Positions 26,901-35,763 of a DNA stretch of 64,000 nucleotides are shown one piece after another; positions within the stretch are counted from its first letter, which is position 1, and each line of letters starts with the position of its first letter. The notes beneath the pieces are model-generated. The model worked only from the letters and a program-made list of their open reading frames with translations. It was not told where the DNA came from and ran no database searches. Made by a program: the position numbers and the translations under genes. Source of the DNA: Bugula neritina (lineage: Eukaryota > Animalia > Bryozoa); the NCBI GenBank assembly GCA_964035545.1, contig OZ037772.1, positions 4,121,538 through 4,185,537 of the forward strand, read 5' to 3'.

Positions 26901-29121
26901 GTAAGCAATATGAAATATGCGAATTTGCTGAAGGAAGCAGTATGTACTCACAGTCACTTACCCTTGAAGTTAAACTTTTTAAGTTAATCAAAGTACACTC
27001 TTTCATCCTAGGTTTGAGAGGTAAAAGACGTTTTTCACTCAATTTTATAATGATAATCCCACCGCCAGTTGGCAAGTTCACTTCACAGATTGCGTTTTAA
27101 CATCGAATATTTTATTTACCGAGATAGCTTTTACTAGTAACATCTCCAATACGGCAAGATGCAGCTACAACGTATGATATTACACAGAGCGGTTTGTTTG
27201 AGGACAGTGCACTGCAGCTGTGGCATGACTAGGGTAGGTTTTCCCGGGTGGGGGTGGATGTGAATTATAAACGTTCTACGTACTTTTTTGAAAGCATTAT
27301 GATATCATTTGCTTTAATAATTATTATACAAAATATAAATTATTGTTTTATAAATGATGATTTACTTGAAAAAAACAGCTATTTATTTATTTTACTATTT
27401 TGTTTTTAAAAGAAGATGATTGATAAAAATTTGAACACCCCCTTCATAATACCACAACTATACTCCACTCCTTTGGTTATAATTTAATTAGATTAGAAGT
27501 CACATATTCAATACAAACAAGCTAGGCCTATATAGCTATTCTGATGTCTACTGCTGGAATTAGCTTGAAACTGTAGTGAAGCTCTTACTGAGCTAGTAGA
27601 CTGAAAGTGCACAACATGTAGTAAGCTACCAACATTATAAATTGGTGTAAGCAGTAAAGGAAATTAGCAGTATATGTGTACAAAAACTTGTTCTCAAATG
27701 CTAGAACCCCATAGTTATGGTTATTTGAGATTCAGTCAGGTCCAAAAGAAATTGTGAAATTAAATACCCATAGACATTACATCATGCTGAATCTGGTTAC
27801 ATATTTGGCTATTTAAAGCTAATTGTAATTAAAACCATATTGCAATATAAAATAACCTGTCTAAGTTGCTCATTAGTGACAAGTAGTCTAGTTGGGCATT
27901 TAAGTTCAAATCATGAGCTCATTTCAGCTAAAAATAGCAGCACCTTGTCATTGCCTATGAATGGCTGTGTCAGTGCCAGAGGCATTAGCAAAATGGCTTA
28001 CTGCTATTTAGGTATTGAAACTTTAGCTCCTGCTCTAGAGATTACAACTTAGAGCTAAAGTTGTTAGTTCAAAGGCTCTAACTGTTTGAGTAAGCATGAG
28101 ACTAAATTATCAATTTGAATTGATACCACTAACGAGGTTTGCCAAACTTGTATTAATCTCTACATAAACATGTAAAGTGGGTGCGGAGGCTTAGTTTTGG
28201 CTTAGGCGTAATATTTTAACAACAACAAAGTGTATACGGATGCCACAATACTGAACTTTATAACTAATGTAACCTTCTTAAAATAGATAATTAAATTGTA
28301 AAGCTTTTTCTAAGGATAGCTATAGATTATATGTCATAGGGGGTTAAAAGTTGACAATTAGAAAGCTTGTTAGATGCAACTCAGGAAAGGCAGAGCAATT
28401 AATTGTATATATAGCTAAAAGAGATGTAAAAGAATTGCCACAACTGGGAATCGAACCCGAGTTCCCTGACTTGCAAGCAAATGTGCTACCATCACGCCAC
28501 GGAGACCACTGAGTAATGTAAACACTACAGGAGATTGCATGCACGCTGAGTAGTTAAACTAGCTAACGGGAAGCAGAGATGAACATTCCATATAATTATT
28601 ATAAACTACGAAGCTAGTAACTACTAATAACGTACGAGTGCGTGTCTTCCAACCTCTACGCGCTCACTGAAGCGCAAAGTGATGCGTAATGATGATTATA
28701 TAGAACAAAAAGATGGCATTTTCATCTTATAACTTACTAATTTATAGAAAATCTATAAAAGCTATTGGAAAGATTACAAAAACCGCGCTGCAGAAACTTC
28801 TGAGGATTCCAACAGTGTGTTTCTTATTTAGATATCATGTTTTCCTGCTGAGATATTTTACTGGGACTGACATGATGTTATTTTGGAAAAAAATAGGCTA
28901 AAATAGGCAGTTTTTTGCCTGTAGCTTTGCCAAAAAATAGAAAATTGAAAGTTCCAAAAAAACCGCGCTGAGGAAGAAAGCTATCTATAACATAGTTTTT
29001 AAATTTTGATTCTAGCCCAATTAGGTGATGATTTATTTTACTGGGACTGAATTCATATATAATTACAATGCATCATCAGCATAGCAGCTAGAAGGAAAAT
29101 GTTGCCCTTATCTATCCTGTG
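23948..29121. mobile_element. 5.17-kb non-autonomous DNA transposon with CAC..GTG ends and a 2-bp TA duplication (CACTA/CMC-like)
   Basis: It interrupts element A's LTR exactly: CATTCA-TA|CACAG..CTGTG|TA-ACATAG. Imperfect TIRs CACAGCATAGTTAAGGTCATC and CACAGGATAGATAAGGGCAAC match at 17/21. Subterminal direct repeats AAAACCGCGCTG and TTTTACTGGGACTGA recur 180 bp apart (~28779-29050). No long ORF. Confidence 0.85.
28436..28507 (-). repeat. tRNA-like sequence (SINE head or tRNA pseudogene) inside the DNA element
   Basis: GGTCTCCGTGGCGTGATGGTAGCAC..CTTGCAA..GGGTTCGATTCCC has A and B boxes, but the acceptor stem does not pair, so I do not call it a functional tRNA. Confidence 0.65.
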
Positions 29122-29549
29122 TAACATAGTATAAATATTTTAAAACAAAGACAAAGCATATTGTAGTGAGTAGTGCAAAGTACAAATACGGGAATCGCCC
29201 TCTCCCTACTCTTGGAATACTTAGCCCCTTATGTAGCAACCAATTAGCAGCTCCGGAAGATATACTTCCGATTCACGTGACACTTCCCGGGTTATTAACA
29301 TTTTATCACGTTGTTGTAAGCGGAGGCTTGAAGGAGAAACATGTATTAGTAGTTGACTGATGTTTAGGATAATTTGATGTGATGTTTATTTTATGCTTTA
29401 TTGTGGATAATAAATATAATTACTCGACAGCTACCCTAGTAATTACTAGCAGGATAACTAACTAACTATACGCAAGTAGATAACTCACGCACAGTAATTG
29501 CACGAATTACTACAGTGGTGGCAGCAGTGGGATCTTGCGTATAGCAGTC

Positions 29550-30500
29550 ATGGCAGAAGACGGCACGGAGCTACCCATTCCACTGAATGAAGGTGAGAGA
29601 GATAAAGTTGATATACCTGAGGAACCAGTGGTGTTAGATGAAGAAGTGAGAATTCCTAGAGAGCATGGTAAAGACAGATACCGGCTGAAGGCGCCCACCT
29701 TCACAGGCGAAGAAGCAGTGGAGCAGTTTATCCAAGAATTTCAAGATGTGATGGAGATTGCACAGTGGCCACCAAGGGTGGCGTTGCTCAAGCTCAGGAT
29801 GGCGCTGAGAGACAAAGCTAAGCCGTACGGAGCGGGACCTGACATAGACGGAATCTTTGCTTCTCTGCGGGCCCGCTTTGGCATCTCCCCCATAGATGCG
29901 CGGGCCCGTCTACAAAGGATGCGGCGTGATCCTCACACGTCGCTACGAGAGGAAGCTGCCACGGTGTACCCACTAGCGCAGATCGCGTTCCGCGATCTGC
30001 CTCCAGTACACCGTGAGAGGTATACTTATGATGCTTTTGTGCAGTCCATCAACGACTTGGTGCTCCACCATCAATTCCAAGCGAGGGGAGTCACCACGGT
30101 CGAAGATGCACTTGCGGTGGGAGAAGCCTACCTCATGGCGACTCATATGCACCGCAACCGCGTGGCCTCCCGCCAGGTGACCACGGAGCACACTACTGCT
30201 CATGCTGAACCAAACGCGGAACCCTCCGCGGTGGCTAATGTAAACCAGATGTCACTAGCGTCAAAAGTTGCACAGATGACTGACATGCAAGATAAACTGG
30301 TCGCCACATTATCTCCCCCAAGCCAGGTAGATACTGCCCGTGAGCCTTGCGGGCCGCAGGTACAATCACCAGGCATGGGGCACAACTTCTGCTGGGGATG
30401 CGGAAGGCCAGGACATTTCCAGAGGAACTGCCCTCAACTCCCACAAGGGTTAAACTACCACAGCCCGCAGATGTTCCCACCTCCTGCGGGCCGTCTGTGA
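29550..30500 (+). CDS. Element B Gag with an intact CCHC knuckle
   Basis: Starts at ATG MAEDG; capsid-like region YRLKAPTFTGEE..WPPRVALLKL; knuckle CWGCGRPGHFQRNC; closely similar to element C Gag. Confidence 0.92.
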   Translation: MAEDGTELPIPLNEGERDKVDIPEEPVVLDEEVRIPREHGKDRYRLKAPTFTGEEAVEQFIQEFQDVMEIAQWPPRVALLKLRMALRDKAKPYGAGPDIDGIFASLRARFGISPIDARARLQRMRRDPHTSLREEAATVYPLAQIAFRDLPPVHRERYTYDAFVQSINDLVLHHQFQARGVTTVEDALAVGEAYLMATHMHRNRVASRQVTTEHTTAHAEPNAEPSAVANVNQMSLASKVAQMTDMQDKLVATLSPPSQVDTAREPCGPQVQSPGMGHNFCWGCGRPGHFQRNCPQLPQGLNYHSPQMFPPPAGRL

Positions 30501-32794
30501 ATCACCCAGAGAGGCCCGCGCGTCTGTCGCCCCGCTGGGCGCCGCACGGAGATGCTGTGAAGTGGCGACCCCCGCGGCAAGTAGGCTCAAGCCACTCGCC
30601 GCCTGGGTCCTCTACGCCACTCCAACACCAACACGGAGCCGGCAGACGGTTGACCTCAGAGCCTGCGAGGGAAACGGTACAGGCGCCACAAGGCGTACCG
30701 CCCCAACCTCGGCAGCTGGTCAATAGTCGTCGCCAACCGTGGACCCCTCGACCTACAGCGAGGGAGGTGCAACCACGGCACACACAGCTGCAGCTACACG
30801 GAAGTAGCTACTTCCTGCCAGGAAAGCTAGCCGGCAAGCCTGCCAACTTCCTCCTGGACTCAGGCTGCACCACCAACCTCCTTAGCCGTCAATTCTTTGA
30901 CACCCTCAGCGCTAAGGTCAAGGACGGGTTGGCACCGTATGAGGGGGATCATGGCACCCTGGCAGACGGGTCGTGCATTCCCTTCTACGGCATTATTGAG
31001 CTAACTGGTTACGTCCGTAACCAGGCCATCCAAGAGACGTTTATCGTCGGGCAGCTCAACGAGGACGCTATCCTCGGGATGCCATTCTTACAACGACACG
31101 GATGTCGCATCGATTTCAGTAAATCTGCGATGATCATGGGCGACAGGGAGCTCGCTTGTGTCGATAAGTTTGGTCGCCCTCTAGCGGGAGCAGTGCAGGT
31201 GGTACGGAGCTGTACTATACCAGGCCACTCCCGGGCTACCGTCCGCTGCAAGGTAGACGGTGGCCAAACCTCTAAGTTGGGAGTTGTCGAAAGTACGCAC
31301 TCGAGAGTCCAACTTGCCCATAGCTTTAGCCGGCTTACGGGACAAGGAGAGATCTCAGTGCAGTGTGTCAACCCCTCTTCAGAGACAGTAGACCTACCAC
31401 CCAGATCCATGCTGGGCCGCTTCCATCCTGTCCAGGAGGAAGCCATTGGGCCGTCGTCGGGAGCTACGACGGAAGGTCCTCAGCAGAGCCCGTCTCAAGG
31501 GCGGAGGACCGTCCCAACCCACGCCTCCCATCCTCCAGGGACGCGTGGCTGCACAGGCAACAGAAAGCGCCAGGCTATGGCTAGGTTGCCACATGGGTAC
31601 AGTGAGGCGTTCCGCCACACGGACCACGACGCCCGCCTAAATAGAGCAGGCTGTCGTGAGGTACCACGGGCGGCGAAGACCGCCCCTGCTCAGCCACTCC
31701 AACAGTGGGCTGACACGCCCCCGGAGGCTGCCCAGAGCCTCCGCGCCAAACCTGTATGGGCTGGTAACATTAGGGAGCTGCCAAAGCTCCAGGAAAGCCT
31801 TCCTGGGGTGGTAGCCGACGTGTACCGAGCGAAACAGGAAGGGCGACGACGCAGTAGTAAACAAAGGCGACAGGGATGCGCCGAGTTACGGCTGTACTGT
31901 CAACGTTGGAGCTCTCTGCGGGTCGGGCCAGATGGTCTGCTGACCATGACCTTGGCCGCCAACAGCAGACAGCCAGCCAGGAAGAGGGCCGTCTGCCCAG
32001 TTGCCATCCGCCGGAAGTTGATACAAGACACCCACGAGGAGACTCACCGAGGAGTCCAAGGGGTGGTCACCAAGCTACAACTCCGGTGGTACTGGCCCAA
32101 CATGGAGCGGGATATCCGGCGCAGAGTGAGACGGTGCAAAGTTTGCCAGACCAACAAGCATAGCCGTCTCCCTGGTGAAGCAGGGCGGCAGACGCATTGT
32201 GCGAAAAGGTCTCGGCAAGCGGAGACTGTCATCCTGGCCGGAAACACCTCCATGACACGTCAGGAAGACTTGGCGAGGCGAGAAAGGCCACTTCCGTCCT
32301 TGAAAGTGCGCCCACCGCCCCCAACGTCAAGCCTGCCATCACCACCACTTCCGGAACCAGAAACGGGTCCGGAAGTGCAAAAACCCCCCGTGGGAGGGGC
32401 TCCGCAAGGAGATACCAACATAGGAACAAACGTCACAAACAGGCTGGAAAAACCACCCGTGAGACATAACAGTCCACAGGTGAGCACACCGCCTCCCACA
32501 GTGACGACGCCTCCAGGACCACACACTAGGCAACTTCCAGCGTGTCTCAGAGACTGTGTACGTGACCGCGGTATAAGCGGCAGTAACGAAAGTCTAGAGA
32601 AGCCTCGCATGGGAAAACAGGCAAAGAGCCGTGGGAGTTGTGAACACCACGGAAATCTCAACTTTTGCCTCGGCGGAATCTCACACGAGATTCATCCGCT
32701 GGAAGTGAAAAGCCCTAGTCACGTTTCACAACCACGCTGTCCGGTCTTTTCCTACGTTGATGCAGTCAAGAGTAGACGTGCCACTAAACAGTAA
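30347..32794 (+). CDS. Element B internally deleted Pol (protease, RT stub, IN HHCC domain, Pro-rich tail), open throughout
   Basis: Protease FLLDSGCTTNLL is present; there is no YxDD, RNase H or DDE core; HEETH..CKVC is retained. In-frame deletion junctions relative to C and E lie near 31700 and 32255. Confidence 0.9.
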   Translation: MRAAGTITRHGAQLLLGMRKARTFPEELPSTPTRVKLPQPADVPTSCGPSVNHPERPARLSPRWAPHGDAVKWRPPRQVGSSHSPPGSSTPLQHQHGAGRRLTSEPARETVQAPQGVPPQPRQLVNSRRQPWTPRPTAREVQPRHTQLQLHGSSYFLPGKLAGKPANFLLDSGCTTNLLSRQFFDTLSAKVKDGLAPYEGDHGTLADGSCIPFYGIIELTGYVRNQAIQETFIVGQLNEDAILGMPFLQRHGCRIDFSKSAMIMGDRELACVDKFGRPLAGAVQVVRSCTIPGHSRATVRCKVDGGQTSKLGVVESTHSRVQLAHSFSRLTGQGEISVQCVNPSSETVDLPPRSMLGRFHPVQEEAIGPSSGATTEGPQQSPSQGRRTVPTHASHPPGTRGCTGNRKRQAMARLPHGYSEAFRHTDHDARLNRAGCREVPRAAKTAPAQPLQQWADTPPEAAQSLRAKPVWAGNIRELPKLQESLPGVVADVYRAKQEGRRRSSKQRRQGCAELRLYCQRWSSLRVGPDGLLTMTLAANSRQPARKRAVCPVAIRRKLIQDTHEETHRGVQGVVTKLQLRWYWPNMERDIRRRVRRCKVCQTNKHSRLPGEAGRQTHCAKRSRQAETVILAGNTSMTRQEDLARRERPLPSLKVRPPPPTSSLPSPPLPEPETGPEVQKPPVGGAPQGDTNIGTNVTNRLEKPPVRHNSPQVSTPPPTVTTPPGPHTRQLPACLRDCVRDRGISGSNESLEKPRMGKQAKSRGSCEHHGNLNFCLGGISHEIHPLEVKSPSHVSQPRCPVFSYVDAVKSRRATKQ
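30449..30491 (+). promoter_or_regulatory. Putative -1 ribosomal frameshift signal (G_TTA_AAC plus stem-loop), element B
   Basis: The heptamer is in the gag frame, followed by a 7-nt spacer and an 8-bp stem GCCCGCAG/CTGCGGGC. The pol ORF is in the -1 frame and the signal is conserved in element C. Confidence 0.75.
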
Positions 32795-32817
32795 TCATTT
32801 ACCGCTCTCATTCCAAA

Positions 32818-33875
32818 ATGTCTTACTATTCTGGATCGAAGGGTGAGTTAATTATGTTTTTGGTACGATAACTAGACTGCATCAGTCAGCTTCAGCTACA
32901 CTAACTAGCAAGCTGGAGATTCGATAATGATAAACAGTGGTGGGAATACACGTCGACTTTGATTTTAAATAATCTGCCATAGCGAGTGTGTTCTCCATCA
33001 ACTATTCATTAGCCTGAATCTCACGAGTGTAACTGAACAGAGTACCGGTCAGGCTGTACACGCCGACGGTACCTCAGTGTATAATCTTTAACACTGCTAC
33101 TCTTTCAGATCACACTCGAGTGACCACCTCCCGGTCACGGGACCAGCCAACTTCTCTGCCTATGGAAGAGGAACCTGTAATGGAGAATGGCATACCCGTG
33201 GTGCTCTGTCGACGACACCGCTGGGTGTCACCCACGACGGAAAGGAGAATTGAGGAAGCCTGGGGACCCAGCGGACCCCACCGAACCTGCCAGGTCTGCT
33301 TTGAGGAGTGCCCGTCACACCGCTCCCTGCGTCTACATGTAGACGCCCATTTTCTACTCCACTTCTGTCCGTGCAGGTTCCACGACGTATGCCCGTATCC
33401 CGTGACAGTCCATAAGCTGAGCTGCTTCGCTGGAGAGAACCATACTGTCGATGAGGACAGTTTCCCCCAATACCTATATACCATCAAGCCAGTCATCAGG
33501 AAGGCTATCACCCTGGCCGCACTAGCGTCAGGGTTCCACGTACTGCTGCTATCCGCCCGCCATAAGTCCCCTATGGTTCAGGGCCCGTCTCCTACCTCCG
33601 TCAACCCTAGCAACACCCCCGAAGTAGAAAGAACAACAATACCCCCTCTAACAGAGACTACTACAACCCCGCCAAGACCTAGCCAGCTGGCTAATGTAGA
33701 AGAGCGGCTTGTAAGACTACAAGCCGAGTTCACACAACTTGCCCCTGACTTGCTGGATATGACGACAGGTCTATACCAGTTGAAGGACTCAGTGGGGCGA
33801 CTGAAGAGGCGGCTACGTGCCCGACAGGCTCGACACAGAGCACGCTCGCTACAAGAGTCGGAGTCCACCCAATGA
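32818..33875 (+). CDS. Element B ORF3: two-exon C2H2/C2HC zinc-finger and coiled-coil protein (263 aa; exons 32818-32842 and 33109-33875)
   Basis: ATGTCTTACTATTCTGGATCGAAGG|GTGAGT...TCTTTCAG|AT joins in phase 1 to give MSYYSGSKDHTR. Motifs C-x2-C-x12-H-x3-H and C-x-C-x12-H-x3-C, with a C-terminal heptad-like helix. Element C has the same structure. Confidence 0.85.
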
Positions 33876-34844
33876 GTATGCCTGGGGTAGGCACCTTTCG
33901 TTGAGCTGTATTTCGTCTGGAAAGTGACGAGTGCTCCGACATTGGCCCGCGTGCTGGTAAGCACCCTCTCTCTTTATAGCTGATTAGATGTGTGTGATCG
34001 ATCACCCTGTTTACTTCTGTATATAAATGTTGTCGTGCTCAACTATTTCTTTTCTTCCTCTTTGTGGGTTTACTTATGTATGTTTTTCTTCTTGGATTAT
34101 TGTATAGTTTTTCATTATGTGTTTTTTTTATTGTGTTATCAGAAAGTAGGGCTTTCTGCTGGGGGGGGGGCGGTGTAGTGAGTAGTGCAAAGTACAAATA
34201 CGGGAATCGCCCTCTCCCTACTCTTGGAATACTTAGCCCCTTATGTAGCAACCAATTAGCAGCTCCGGAAGATATGCTTCCGATTCACGTGACACTTCCC
34301 GGGTTATTAACATTTTATCACGTTGTTGTAAGCGGAGGCTTGAAGGAGAAACATGTATTAGTAGTTGACTGATGTTTAGGATAATTTGATGTGATGTTTA
34401 TTTTATGCTTTATTGTGGATAATAAATATAATTACTCGACAGCTACCCTAGTAATTACTAGCAGGATAACTAACTAACTATACGCAAGTAGATAACTCAC
34501 GCACAGTAATTGCACGAATTACTACAATATTCTGCATATCATCAACAATGGCTATCAGTAATAAGTACAGCATAATAGATTATTATTATAAATGTATTTA
34601 TACAAATAGTGACAGTAATACTAAAAGTAATATTTTTAGCTATAATTGGTATCCACCAGTTTGCACTACAATTATGAATTTTAAATTACATACAACTTCA
34701 ATTTAAAACTAAAAGTAAGAGTGAAACGCTTAATAGTTATTACTATAACTATGACTATTAAGATTAGTATAATATGGTAAAATGTGAGACTGAGTACCAG
34801 TATAAAACTGATATTTAACCTATTTGTAGATTCTAAACTTTTAA

Positions 34845-35170
34845 ATTAGACCTAATAGTAGTAGCAGCAACCTTGCAGTAACTTCTACAGTTAATCCTAG
34901 TTCTATCATCTATCAGTATCACTATGATTATCATTATGATTATGATTATTACTATCAGTATCACCATCACCATGACTTCACGTCTAAAACTATGAGTATC
35001 AGTATGACTGACTGTGAGAGTATCACCACCACTATGAGTGGTGGTGATAGTGAGTATCACTATCACTACAATACTTAATTAGTTACTTATAGTTATACTT
35101 ATACTATGAGTTACACTACTATCACTATTAGTATCACTACGACTATCACTATCACTATCAGTATAACTAT
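34845..35170. repeat. Low-complexity (ACT/ATC/AGT)n tract that continues at 42675-42727 after element C
   Basis: Degenerate trinucleotide repeats on both sides of element C. Confidence 0.75.
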
Positions 35171-35763
35171 TGTTATAATTTTCAGATTTAGGGTTGATGT
35201 GCTATCCAGAGAGTCTATTTATTTACTATAAAACTGCACCAGGATAAGTCGAGTGAACGAGTATATTTTACACACAATTATACATTATAAAAACGATACA
35301 TTATTTCCAGACAAGTTACACATCTAATCTATTTCACACTCTAGCTTCGACTGAGTTAGCAGCGGGAAACTACAATTGCTGTTAACTATCAACTACGCTA
35401 ATTGGTTATCCATTGTTCCGGGTCAATTGCGCGACCCTACATGTTGTGCTGCTGGTAGTTCCACGAACCACCACACCGCCCCCACCAGCAGAAAGCCATC
35501 TTTCTGATATATATATAAAAAAAACATTCATTGGTAACCGCATACATCAGTGGACAAAATAATACATAATATACAGGAAGAGACATAATAATAGACAGAA
35601 TCATTATAACGATCCGTTGCATACAATTGGCCAGCTGTAGATAGACGAGGAATACTAGCTAGCTGTGGTGTTAGACAGGGGATAACCTGTTAAGCAGTCA
35701 AACATTTACATGACATCTTGGCTTCTCCCAAGAGGCGGAGTTGGAGTACTCCGGGTAGTCTAA

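Larger units (their letters stand above)
29162..34526 (+). mobile_element. LTR retrotransposon B (Ty3/Gypsy), non-autonomous: gag + PR + IN zinc finger + spliced ORF3, lacking RT/RNase H and the IN core
   Basis: 353-bp LTRs at 29162-29514 and 34174-34526 with one mismatch seen. TSD ATAT at 29158-29161 and 34527-34530. tRNA-Leu PBS TGGTGGCAGCAGTGGGAT at 29516-29533; G-rich PPT at 34161-34173. Confidence 0.95.
19291..34547 (-). mobile_element. LTR retrotransposon A (Ty3/Gypsy, Mag-like), full length, with its 5' LTR split by two nested insertions
   Basis: 5-bp TSD ATGGC at 19286-19290 and 34548-34552. The 3' LTR is 19291-19479; the 5' LTR is in pieces at 23814-23947, 29124-29161 and 34531-34547. 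PBS 23796-23813, PPT ~19480-19490, single gag-pol ORF. Confidence 0.95.

Noticed and set aside
28436-28507. Functional tRNA gene (Ala/Cys-like)
   Set aside because: The acceptor and anticodon stems do not pair properly, so it is treated as a SINE head or pseudogene.
29166-29360. ORFs inside the B LTRs (also 34064-34372)
   Set aside because: They are short, use non-ATG or incidental starts, and are repeated only because the LTR is repeated.
33120-33875. ORF3 as a retroviral-type env
   Set aside because: There is no evident signal peptide or C-terminal transmembrane anchor; it has zinc-finger spacing and a basic coiled coil instead.
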